A stretch of DNA of 64,000 bases from NCBI GenBank assembly GCA_963806535.1, contig CAWDYC010000004.1, forward strand, positions 288,001 through 352,000. The letters are read 5' to 3'. The DNA is from Candidatus Bathyarchaeota archaeon. Its GTDB lineage: Archaea; Thermoproteota; Bathyarchaeia; Bathyarchaeales; Bathycorpusculaceae. Positions within the stretch are counted from its first letter, which is position 1; every line of letters starts with the position of its first letter. Of the stretch, positions 25,291-34,425 are shown in pieces. Below the pieces are notes generated by a model that was not told the origin of the DNA, did not search any database, and was given only the letters and a program-made list of their open reading frames with translations. The position numbers and the translations under genes are program-made.

Positions 25291-25874
25291 CTAGTTATCA
25301 GCTGAAGTGACTAGTGTTGCAACATAACACTTCAAATCTTCATTATCAACAAAAGAAATTATCTTCAATACCTGAGCTTTCAAGTGTATCCATAAATGTG
25401 TTAAGTGGAAAAGCCTTCTTCAACCCAGTCACCACAACCCTGCCGCCTAGCTTTGGCAACTCGCGTCTAACTCTTTTAGCGTTTCAACAGGTTTGGGCAT
25501 GTTTTGAAGCACTGTAAAGGCGAAAACAAAATCAAAAAAAGCATTTTTAAACGGCAAGTGGTCAGCGTCAGCCTGCAAAACCAAAACATTCCCTAAATCA
25601 TTTCGCTTGCTCTTTGGCTTTTAGCAGTAGTTTGTCGTGAAATGTCAACGCCAACAACCATATCGGATTGAGCTGCTACTTCTTTGAAAAACAAGCCTGA
25701 ACCACAACCAACATCCAAAACCACGCCACCTGCAACCTCTACATTTTTCAATGCCGCTTTGTATTTTGCCTTCTGTTCCTCAGCGTACCGATCTTCGTAC
25801 ATTTCAGCTGTCAAATCGTAACGTTGCATGACTCTGCGCTTGTCTTTCCAACCTGCCAAACGGTGTTCCTTCAA
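25291..25874 (-). CDS. Class I SAM-dependent methyltransferase (frameshifted)
   Basis: VLDVGCGSG, VGVDIS, downstream ADADHLPF in a shifted frame. Confidence 0.8.
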
Positions 25875-25922
25875 GAAATCTTATGTACCCAAGCTCTGAC
25901 TAAAATAGTTGGCTGAAAACAA

Positions 25923-26721
25923 TTGCAACAATCAAACAAACTCTCGGTGCTGACCTCTACCAACATTAGCGGAAGCTGCAACGCTTGATTGAGAAATCTT
26001 TTGTCCAAAGAAGAACTCTCATCGTTGCAGGCACATGCCACGTGCATTACGTTGGCAGAGCAAGCTCAACTCTTGAACTTGGCGAACGCATCCTAATCAT
26101 CAAGTCTGACGGGTCGCTTCTTGTTCACCGCCCAGTCGGCTATGAACCAGTCAATTGGCAACCTGCAGGCAGCGTTTTCCATGTCCAAGTCAAAGACGAA
26201 GAGCTGGAGGTTCATGGAATTCGGCAAAAGCCACATGAAAGCGTTCGCGTCACATTCGAAAACATCTATATGGTCTCTGCCCTCAACTTGTCAGATTCAG
26301 GAGATTTTCTTTTACACGCAAGCGAAGACGACATGCATCGAGCCATTCTTCTTAAACCTGAACTTCTCGAAGAAGGCTTCAAACCGATTAGCTGGGAGAA
26401 AAAAGTTGAGCCCGGCTTCGTAGACATTTATGGCGAAGACAAAAACGGCAAACTCGTCATTGTTGAAGTTAAACGAAAAACTGCTTCAAAAGAGGCTGCG
26501 TCTGCAATTGGCAAAGTATATTGAACCTATCAAAGCCAAAGTTAACCGAGAAGTCCGTGCTGTGCTGGTTGCCCCTAGCCTTGCTAAAGATGTTCAGAGA
26601 CTGCTGGTTACACTTGGGCTTGGAGTTTAAGGCGCTTGACCCGAAAACCTGTGCTGAAGTTCTTAAGAAAACTGAAAACTCAAAGCTGGAGTCATTCTTC
26701 AAAGAAAAAGACTCGATTTAG
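25923..26721 (+). CDS. nucS: Mismatch-specific endonuclease NucS/EndoMS (frameshifted)
   Basis: CHVHYVGRASS, IKSDGSLLVH, EPVNWQP, GFVDIYGED..IVEVKR. Confidence 0.92.
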
Positions 26722-26733
26722 ATAAATTTTCAT

Positions 26734-27190
26734 TTAGGATTTTTGAGGTTTGCGGTTTGTTCGCCAAGTCAAAGCGCTAAAAATTGAAAGTATCACAAGA
26801 AGAACAGCAACCCCAATTTTGAGGATTGTAAACGCTTGAATTGTGGAAACAAGTAAGAATTGCAGCTGGAAAGGGACCGATTAGAATATAGAAGAAGATG
26901 GCTGTAGGTAATTTGTAGTTATATTTGTAGTCTTTGAGGCTGCGTTTCCCAAAGTACAATGCTGCTAATCTGCCTAAGCCAAAGGTGCATTTTTTGCAGT
27001 TGTAGCATGGTCGCAAGCAGCCCAAAAACTTCAGCACACCATAAATGGCAATGAGCGCAACCAAAAGAAACACCACTCCAGCTGCCAGATTGATGAGCAG
27101 GAAAGCTACAGTGTCTAATGCAATCCAAAAGGCAAGAGCAAGGTTGCCGATTATTGTGAATTTTTTTGGAAATTCTATGGTTTCGCTGAT
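26734..27190 (-). CDS. Small membrane protein with Cys cluster (frameshifted; ends approximate)
   Basis: Hydrophobic segments and CLRPCYNCKKCTFG. Confidence 0.55.
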
Positions 27191-27281
27191 TTTCTCTCTT
27201 CCTGTCAGGTCTTATTGTTTGAAGAAGGATAAGAAGTTTCAAAGTAAATCCACAAGAACAGTACCAAGTCAACAATTCGTT

Positions 27282-27426
27282 AGAAGAACAACACAGTTGG
27301 TGTTAGCACTGGGTGTTGTTCTTCTTTGATAGAAGAAGAAGGACGGCTGGAAATAGCACCGTCCTACTTCTTCTCTGCTTCAGAAAGAAGAAGAAACCTG
27401 ATAGGGGCACACTTCTTCTTCTTTTG
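27282..27426 (-). ncRNA. Candidate structured ncRNA of three tandem hairpins
   Basis: Stems 27282-27325, 27331-27374, ~27384-27424; the first two share loop GCUA-NNN-CCA and differ by compensatory changes. Confidence 0.6.
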
Positions 27427-27622
27427 GTGGCTTAATCAGAGATGTTACAAATCGACTGCTAAGGAATAGCAATTGTTTCCTAAGAAAATAAGTTCATGAA
27501 CACTTTGAAAACAAACTAAACTGACTTAAATATAGTATCTTAACATGTAAACTTTCGATTTAATTTCTGGCGAAAAAAGAAAAAAAATTCGCGAATTACA
27601 AAAATTAAAGAGAAACAAAAAA

Positions 27623-28193
27623 TTATTCTTTTGGTTTTTCGTTATGATTTTCTGGCACAAAAACGGCTGCGGCAACAGTTGTTGTCCATAAACCATTTTT
27701 GTCGCCTGCTGCTGATTGAGTGATGTTAGCTGTTTTTATGATTAGCCCCGTAGTTTTGAAGAGTTGTTTGCGTTCATCCCAAGCTGTTTCTGGGTCAAAT
27801 TGAATACCCATCGTTGTTGCTAGCATTGTTGCTGCTAAATCTTCTGCGTAGTCACCTGCAATTTCGTCTGTTTGCCCAAATGAGTGATGTTCTGAGAGGT
27901 AGCCGTACTGGTTTTTGCCTGAAGGGATAGCAACGCCTATTGATGATGCAACAAGCCTATGTGGTTCATTAGTGGCGTTTCGTGCGATGACAACAAAGGT
28001 GATTTCGCCAGGCTGCACCATTTTCAAGCCTTTCTCTCGTGGAAGCTGCTCGCATCCGGGAGGAACAATGCTTGAAACGCTAACCAGGTTGCACATTTGT
28101 ATGCCTGCGTCTCTGAGGGCTAATTCAAATGATTGGAGTTGCTCTTTATGTTTGCCAACTCCTTTAGTGAAAAAGAAAGTATTTTGGTATCAT
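27623..28193 (-). CDS. pdaD: Pyruvoyl-dependent arginine decarboxylase (frameshift near start)
   Basis: [23 protein letters not shown] cleavage site, [18 protein letters not shown]. Confidence 0.92.
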
Positions 28194-28295
28194 TTAGGTT
28201 CGGAAACAATGATTACAGAATGCATTTATTAGGCTTTTGTTTTAAGACGTAGTAATACATTGAACAGACAAAATTAATTCACTGAGGAACAAAAT

Positions 28296-29487
28296 TTGCC
28301 ATCACATCAAAGCGTGTTCAAAGACGAAGGCAAGCTTGACATAAACTACATTCCGCAGCAGCTGCCTCACAGAGAAAAAGAACATCGCCTGCTAATGGAG
28401 TTCTTCAGCTTCATTACTCGCTACCCAGAGCGGATGTCTCAACGCGTTATCATAACTGGCGATGTAGGCACAGGAAAAACAGTTCTTGACCCAACATTTC
28501 GGAGCCAACATCACATCAGAAGCTAACAAACGAGCCATAAAATTTCGTTATGTGCATGTTAACTGCCGAGAGTATCGAGGTAGTCTCCAGCCGATTTTGC
28601 ATCATGCTGTAACCGTTTTCCGTCCAAAGTATCCAGCACGTGGCTATTCTGCAGACGAAGTTCTATCAACATTAATGCAGGTTCTAGATGAAGAAAACGC
28701 TTTCATGGTGTTGACCCTTGACGAGTTTGATAGTCTGATAGAAAATGAAGGTTCGGATGCTGTTTACAAACTGACGCGCCTGCAGGAAATGCGCCAAGGC
28801 AAACCTCAAAGGTTGTCATTTATTTTTATTATGCGTGATTTGAAATCGCTTGAAAAGTTGGATGATAGCGCACGAAGCACTCTTCAACGTAGCATTATAC
28901 GTTTAGAGCGTTATGGCAAACCTCAGCTTGTTGACATCTTGAACCAGCGTGTTTCTATGGCTTTTGAATTGGGAGCAGTTGAGGAAGATGTTGTTGATTT
29001 GATTGCTGAGTTGGCTTTCAGTGAGACGGGAAATGCCCGTTTTGGAATTGAGTTGTTGTGGCGCTCTGGGAAATATGCTGATGCCGAACAAGTTGGAATG
29101 GTTGGAGCTGAATGTGTTCGCTTGGCAGTATCCAACATTGTTCCGGGCGTTCGACGTAGTGAGTTAGCGGGGCTTGCTTTGCATGAAAAAATGTTTTTGC
29201 TTGCAGTAGCCCGTTATTTCAAAGAAAATGAAGAAGCATACGCTTTATTGTCTGAAATTGAAAAAACCTACGCAGTCATCTGCGAAGAAATGGATGAGCA
29301 GCCCAACAGCCACACGCAAATATATAATTATGCTCAGTTTCTTTCTTCAATGAAAATTTTGAAGCTAGAGGTTGCAAGTGAAGCTACAAGAGGTAGGTCT
29401 ACAAGGGTTTCTCTGCTTTCGATTCCGGCGAATGAGTTGGAAAAAGAATTAAGCGCTTCGTTGGAACAGGAAAAAAGAATCAGGTGA
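28296..29487 (+). CDS. cdc6: Orc1/Cdc6 family AAA+ initiator (frameshift near 28490)
   Basis: LDINYIPQQLPHRE, GDVGTGKT, YVHVNC, LDEFD, GNARFGIELL, C-terminal WH. Confidence 0.9.
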
Positions 29488-29759
29488 AGCGGATGGAGTT
29501 AGAAGATGTTTTTTCATCGAAGCTTCGAATAAGAATTTTAGAAGTAATCTATAAATCTGGTCAGCCTAACGTTTCAGATATTGCTCGTCAAACCAAAGCT
29601 AACTTCTCATCCACAGCTAAGCACTTGAAACTTTTAGAGGCTGAAGGGATTTTGCAAGTCCATCTTTATGGCAGAGTTCGCATGTACAGGTTTAAGGAAG
29701 GTTCAGCAAAGGCGAAAGCAGTGCAAAACCTAATAGAAGTGTGGGAACAAAATAAATAA
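29484..29759 (+). CDS. ArsR-type winged-helix regulator
   Basis: VFSSKLRIRIL...NVSDIARQ...KHLKLLEAEGIL. Confidence 0.8.
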   Translation: MKRMELEDVFSSKLRIRILEVIYKSGQPNVSDIARQTKANFSSTAKHLKLLEAEGILQVHLYGRVRMYRFKEGSAKAKAVQNLIEVWEQNK

Positions 29760-29760
29760 G

Positions 29761-30207
29761 GTGACAAAAATGGCGATGGTTGATGTATCAGGAAAAGCTG
29801 AGATTTTCCGAGAAGCATCGGCAACAGGAACAATAAAGTTGAAACCTGAAACAATAGATTTAATCAAGAACGCGAAAATCGCTAAAGGCGACCCGCTTTA
29901 CACAGCTAAGATTGCTGGTGTGCTTGGTGCTAAGAGAACAAGCGATTTGATTCCTCTCTGCCACCCATTGCCATTAACCAACGTGGAAGTAGATGTAAAC
30001 GTAGCTGATAAGGGCACGGTTTCGGTTACGGCTACAGTTAAGACGAAAGCGCAAACTGGCGTTGAGATGGAAGCGTTAACAGCAGTTTCTTTGGCGTTGT
30101 TGACTGTTTGGGATATGACTAAGCAATACGAAAAAGACACGGGTGGGCAGTATCCTTCTACGGCTATTGAGAATATTCATGTTATCCGCAAGTTTAAGCA
30201 GGCATAA
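29761..30207 (+). CDS. moaC: Cyclic pyranopterin monophosphate synthase
   Basis: MVDVSGK, LIPLCHPL, TGVEMEAL. Confidence 0.95.
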   Translation: MTKMAMVDVSGKAEIFREASATGTIKLKPETIDLIKNAKIAKGDPLYTAKIAGVLGAKRTSDLIPLCHPLPLTNVEVDVNVADKGTVSVTATVKTKAQTGVEMEALTAVSLALLTVWDMTKQYEKDTGGQYPSTAIENIHVIRKFKQA

Positions 30208-30210
30208 GGT

Positions 30211-30744
30211 ATGAGTGAAAGTTCAGAAGCACATAAGGCTAAAGCGCCTAAAATTTTGAATTTCGCTGTTTACATTTGCAGCACATCGCGTTACAAGCTA
30301 ATTGATCAAGGAGAAAAAGTTGTAAGTGATATCGGCGGCGACACAATCGTAGATTTGCTGAAAAAATCTGGTCAAAACGTGCTTTTCAAAAAGATTATTG
30401 CCGACGATAAAGTGTTGATTTCCGAAGCTGTCGAGGAAGTTTTGAACATGCCTGATTTAGATGTTGTCATCTTCTCAGGTGGCACGGGAATCGCACCTAC
30501 AGATATCACCATTGAAACCGTAACACCTTTCTTTGAAAAAACTTTACCCGGTTTCGGAGAATTTTTTAGACGCATAAGCTTTGATCGGGTTGGTTCAGCA
30601 GCGGTTTTGTCTCGTGCGATAGCTGGAGTGGCTAATGGCAAGGCTTTATTTTGCATCCCTGGTTCCCCTGATGCTGTCCATGTTGCTGTAGAAATGCTTA
30701 TTTTGCCCGAGGCTTCTCACATCGTCAAGCACGCACGGGAATAA
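30211..30744 (+). CDS. moaB: Molybdopterin adenylyltransferase MoaB/Mog
   Basis: SGGTGIAPTDIT, LPGFGEFFR, SRAIAG, PGSPDA. Confidence 0.92.
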   Translation: MSESSEAHKAKAPKILNFAVYICSTSRYKLIDQGEKVVSDIGGDTIVDLLKKSGQNVLFKKIIADDKVLISEAVEEVLNMPDLDVVIFSGGTGIAPTDITIETVTPFFEKTLPGFGEFFRRISFDRVGSAAVLSRAIAGVANGKALFCIPGSPDAVHVAVEMLILPEASHIVKHARE

Positions 30745-30746
30745 CG

Positions 30747-31679
30747 ATGAATTTAACAGACAATTGCGGCAGACCTCTTCTTAATCTGCGGATTTCGATA
30801 ACTCAGCGGTGCAACAATCGCTGCTTATTCTGCCACAGGGAAGGCGAAGTAAAACAGGCCAACGCTTCTGCAGAGAAAATGACGGTTGAAGAAATCGTGC
30901 GGATATCAAAAATAGCTATCAGCCTTGGTATTGCGCGAATTAAACTAACAGGGGGAGAACCATTAATGCGCAAAGACCTTCCCGAAATCATTTCAGGCAT
31001 AGCTGCGATTCCTGGTTTGAAGGATTTATCATTAACAACCAATGGTCTGCTGCTTGAGGGCTTGGCTAAAGAATTGTTTAAATGTGGATTGAAGCGGGTC
31101 AACATTAGCTTACCTTCGATAAACCCCGAAACTTATCGAAAGTTAACGAGCGGAAACTTGCAGCAAGCATTGGTGGGAGTCAAAGCTGCTGTTGAAGCCG
31201 GTTTTTGTCCCGTTAAACTTAACATGGTAATTCTGCAAGACGTGAACGAGAAAGATGTTCCCTCAATGATTGATTATGCACGTCAAACGGGCACTGTTCT
31301 GCAGCTAATTGAGCTTGACCCCATTAACGTCACTAGCAACTATTATCACACCCATCATCGAAGCCTTGATGCGCAAGAAGAATTGCTGCGCGAAAAAGCA
31401 GAAACAATTGAGAAAAGACCTTTCATGCACAACCGGCTGATCTATCATCTGCCGAGTGTAACTGTTGAGGTGGTGCATCCGATTGAGAACAGCGACTTCT
31501 GCATGCACTGCACTCGAATGCGTGTCACAAGCGACGGTAAACTCAAACCCTGTCTTATGAGAAACGACAACTTAACTGACATATTGACAGCTGTACGGCA
31601 AGGCGCAAGTGACAGGCAACTAAAACAACTATTCATAACAGCTAATTCGCTGAGAGAGCCATACAACAAAAGTAGTTAA
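30747..31679 (+). CDS. moaA: GTP 3',8-cyclase (radical SAM)
   Basis: CNNRCLFC, LTGGEPL, FCMHCTRMRVTSDGKLKPCL. Confidence 0.95.
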   Translation: MNLTDNCGRPLLNLRISITQRCNNRCLFCHREGEVKQANASAEKMTVEEIVRISKIAISLGIARIKLTGGEPLMRKDLPEIISGIAAIPGLKDLSLTTNGLLLEGLAKELFKCGLKRVNISLPSINPETYRKLTSGNLQQALVGVKAAVEAGFCPVKLNMVILQDVNEKDVPSMIDYARQTGTVLQLIELDPINVTSNYYHTHHRSLDAQEELLREKAETIEKRPFMHNRLIYHLPSVTVEVVHPIENSDFCMHCTRMRVTSDGKLKPCLMRNDNLTDILTAVRQGASDRQLKQLFITANSLREPYNKSS

Positions 31680-31698
31680 TTTTTAAAAATAAATGGCG

Positions 31699-32196
31699 TC
31701 AGAACTCAATTATTTTTGCTTCATTTTTCACGGTATCTAAGAGGGCTAATGTGGGTTTTCCTGTTAGGTACCCGCAGAGTTCTCCCGGATTGACGGCAAG
31801 GGTTTTTCCTCTCTTTTCGATGCTTTTGTTGTGAGAGTGGCCATGGATTACGGCGTCAAAGTATCCGCTATCTATTATAGCGCTGAGCAATTCCGTTTCT
31901 GTTCCATGAAGCAGGGCGATTCTATATCCATCCAAAGTTGCTGTGGCGAATTGGTCATGGATTGTGCAGTTAGTGGTTTCGCTGAAACGTTTCTTTAGGA
32001 GTTCATGGTCACCGTCATTATTGCCAAACACGCCGATGAGATTGCAATTTAGCATCATTAATTTTGGGACAACAAAGCCCGCAACATAATCCCCTGCGTG
32101 AAGAACCAAGTCTACCTTTTGCGAGTTTAGATATTTCACTGCTTTTTCTATTTGAGGCAGATTATCATGGGTGTCGGAGATTGCGCCTACAAGCAT
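31699..32196 (-). CDS. YfcE/MJ0936-type metallophosphoesterase
   Basis: SDTHDN, HAGD, GNND, HGHSH, NPGE. Confidence 0.9.
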   Translation of the reverse strand: MLVGAISDTHDNLPQIEKAVKYLNSQKVDLVLHAGDYVAGFVVPKLMMLNCNLIGVFGNNDGDHELLKKRFSETTNCTIHDQFATATLDGYRIALLHGTETELLSAIIDSGYFDAVIHGHSHNKSIEKRGKTLAVNPGELCGYLTGKPTLALLDTVKNEAKIIEF

Positions 32197-32311
32197 GTGT
32201 TTTCACATGCTCTTTTTCTCGCTGCTCAAGTAAAGGCTTTCGATATTTTTTGTTGTTCAGCAAAAATTAAGAAATTAATAAATAATGTGGGGTTGTAAAA
32301 AAATACATATT

Positions 32312-33031
32312 TTATATTTCTTTAAGCGCCGATTGGAGTTCCTCAAGGCTTTTAATCGTAATATCTGGTTTAGCATGCCCGTCTGCATTTTCTATTCGTC
32401 TTTGAATGTATATTGCTTTTATTCCAGCGCTTTTGGCACCGTCAATATCTGCATCAAGAGTATCGCCCACAAAAACTGTTTCATCTGGGGACACACCCAG
32501 CTTTTTTAAGGCGTTTAAGAAAATTTCTGGGCTAGGTTTACGTTTGTTAACAGCTGCGGAAACCACAACTGCATCCAACAATTCATCCAAGCCGTGAATT
32601 TTAAGTAGTTTATCAATGCATTCGGGGATTGCAAAATTTGAGATTATGCCAATCTTATATTTTCCATGTAGCGTGCGCAAGATATTTTCTGTTGCTGGTT
32701 CCAAGTAAACAAAAGTCATGAATTCATCACAGAATTCGACTGTCGCATCCGTCACAAGGGGACTGGAAACATCGTAGTTATAGCCTAAGCTTTTGAGTGT
32801 TTCAGAAATGCGAACGTTGAAGTGAGGTTCTTCAAGATTAGCATCAACTCTAGCGTAAAGCGCATCACGTGCTTTTATGTAGTTTTTTTGGAAAGTGTCA
32901 AAGGAGACTTCCATTCCTTTTTTGTTTAGGAACCGATAGGTGCGCATTAATGATGGGCTGTAGAAATCGTGGTTTTTCCTAATAATCATAAGCGTGTCGA
33001 ACATATCAAATAAAACAGCTTTGATCGGCAT
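32312..33031 (-). CDS. HAD-superfamily hydrolase
   Basis: FDMFDTL, KPSPEIF, VGDTLDADI. Confidence 0.9.
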   Translation of the reverse strand: MPIKAVLFDMFDTLMIIRKNHDFYSPSLMRTYRFLNKKGMEVSFDTFQKNYIKARDALYARVDANLEEPHFNVRISETLKSLGYNYDVSSPLVTDATVEFCDEFMTFVYLEPATENILRTLHGKYKIGIISNFAIPECIDKLLKIHGLDELLDAVVVSAAVNKRKPSPEIFLNALKKLGVSPDETVFVGDTLDADIDGAKSAGIKAIYIQRRIENADGHAKPDITIKSLEELQSALKEI

Positions 33032-33083
33032 GGTTTTGTTCCAAACAGCTAAACTTGGTTAAACTTAAAATTGTTATCGCAGC

Positions 33084-34370
33084 CTAAACTTCTTTTTCCT
33101 TAACTTGCCTAAGCTTTTTTCGAAACGCATAGTATGCTGTGCCTGCTATAAGGAAGGCAACCCCGATTACCCAAGCCTGCGTTGAAGCTAAGAGGATGAA
33201 AACTAGAAGCATTATGCAGGTTGCTAAACCAAGCATTGGCAAAACCTTATGGCGAGTACAGTTTTCTTTGAGCTTGAATGCGGAAATGTTGGTAATTGAA
33301 TAATTGAAAAGAAGTGCAAAAGTGCTTATTGCAACGACCTGATTTAAATTAACAAACAATACGAGAACAGCCATCAAAGTGCCTGACCCCAAAATAGCAT
33401 AGTAGGGGGTCAGAAATTTGCCGTGCAAACGTGCCAAAGCAGAGGGCAAATCATTTCGGCGAGCCATAGAATACGCCATCCTTGAAACGCCCAAAATTGA
33501 AGTTAACAAAACGCTTGCTGTTGCCACTAAACCACCAATCGCCACAATCTGGACTGCAAGAGAGTTACCTGTCACACTCATGGCTGAACTTAAGGGCGAA
33601 GGCGAAATCGACAACGCATGCGCATTAAGCAAACCAATAGCTATCAGACCAACTAGAACATATACGATCATTGAAATCCCCAGCGACAAAAGCAGAGCTC
33701 GGGGGACGTTCCGCTTGGCATCTTTTACCTCTTCAGCAACCACTGTTACTCTTGCAAAGCCGCCGTAAGCAAAGAAGATGAAAAAAGACCCGTATAGAAC
33801 ACCGCTGGTTAGAGGGTTAAAAGGAACAAAGTTGCCTGAGTTGAAATGCAGCGAGCCGAAAATTACGAAAAACGCCAGCACTGCAAGCTTAATGCTAACT
33901 AGAACATTGTTGACTCCTGCCGATTCTTTGGCGCCAACCAAATTCAACGCTGTAAAGCCCAAACACACTGCAGCCGCCACTAAATTGGTGGGTAAACCAG
34001 GAAAAGCTGTCGCCAAGTAATAGGCAAACCCAAGAGAGACTGCTGCTCCTGTAAAAGTGTTGGCTACCAGCCACATCCAACCTGCCAAAAAACCTGAAAA
34101 AGGCGAAACAAGCTGGCGTCCATATTCATAAACGCCTCCTTCAATTGGCTGCCAAGCTGCTAGCCTTGCGAAGCTTGTTGCTGTAATTGTGGCAATTATG
34201 CCTGCGATTATCATTGATATGATGAGTGCTGAGCCGGCGTAGCCGGCGACGATGCCCGTGACAACGAAGATTCCGCCGCCTATGATTGCGCCAACGTTGA
34301 TGGCTACTGCGCTCCACAAACCTATTGAACGCTTAAGCTTTCTATGCTCCTGCTTTTCCAATCCAATCAC
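33084..34370 (-). CDS. APC-family amino acid permease
   Basis: GAIIGGGIF, GGVYEY, EEVKDAKRNVP, about 12 TM segments. Confidence 0.92.
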   Translation of the reverse strand: MIGLEKQEHRKLKRSIGLWSAVAINVGAIIGGGIFVVTGIVAGYAGSALIISMIIAGIIATITATSFARLAAWQPIEGGVYEYGRQLVSPFSGFLAGWMWLVANTFTGAAVSLGFAYYLATAFPGLPTNLVAAAVCLGFTALNLVGAKESAGVNNVLVSIKLAVLAFFVIFGSLHFNSGNFVPFNPLTSGVLYGSFFIFFAYGGFARVTVVAEEVKDAKRNVPRALLLSLGISMIVYVLVGLIAIGLLNAHALSISPSPLSSAMSVTGNSLAVQIVAIGGLVATASVLLTSILGVSRMAYSMARRNDLPSALARLHGKFLTPYYAILGSGTLMAVLVLFVNLNQVVAISTFALLFNYSITNISAFKLKENCTRHKVLPMLGLATCIMLLVFILLASTQAWVIGVAFLIAGTAYYAFRKKLRQVKEKEV

Positions 34371-34425
34371 AATTAATCGAAAGATTCAAACAATTCATTA
34401 TTAAAGTCTTACAAGCCTTAAGCTC

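Noticed and set aside
27282-27426. CRISPR mini-array
   Set aside because: No identical repeats separated by unique spacers; each whole unit is a hairpin, and there are no cas genes in the window.
28194-28295. Replication origin next to cdc6
   Set aside because: The intergenic gap is only about 100 bp and I see no ORB or mini-ORB repeats.
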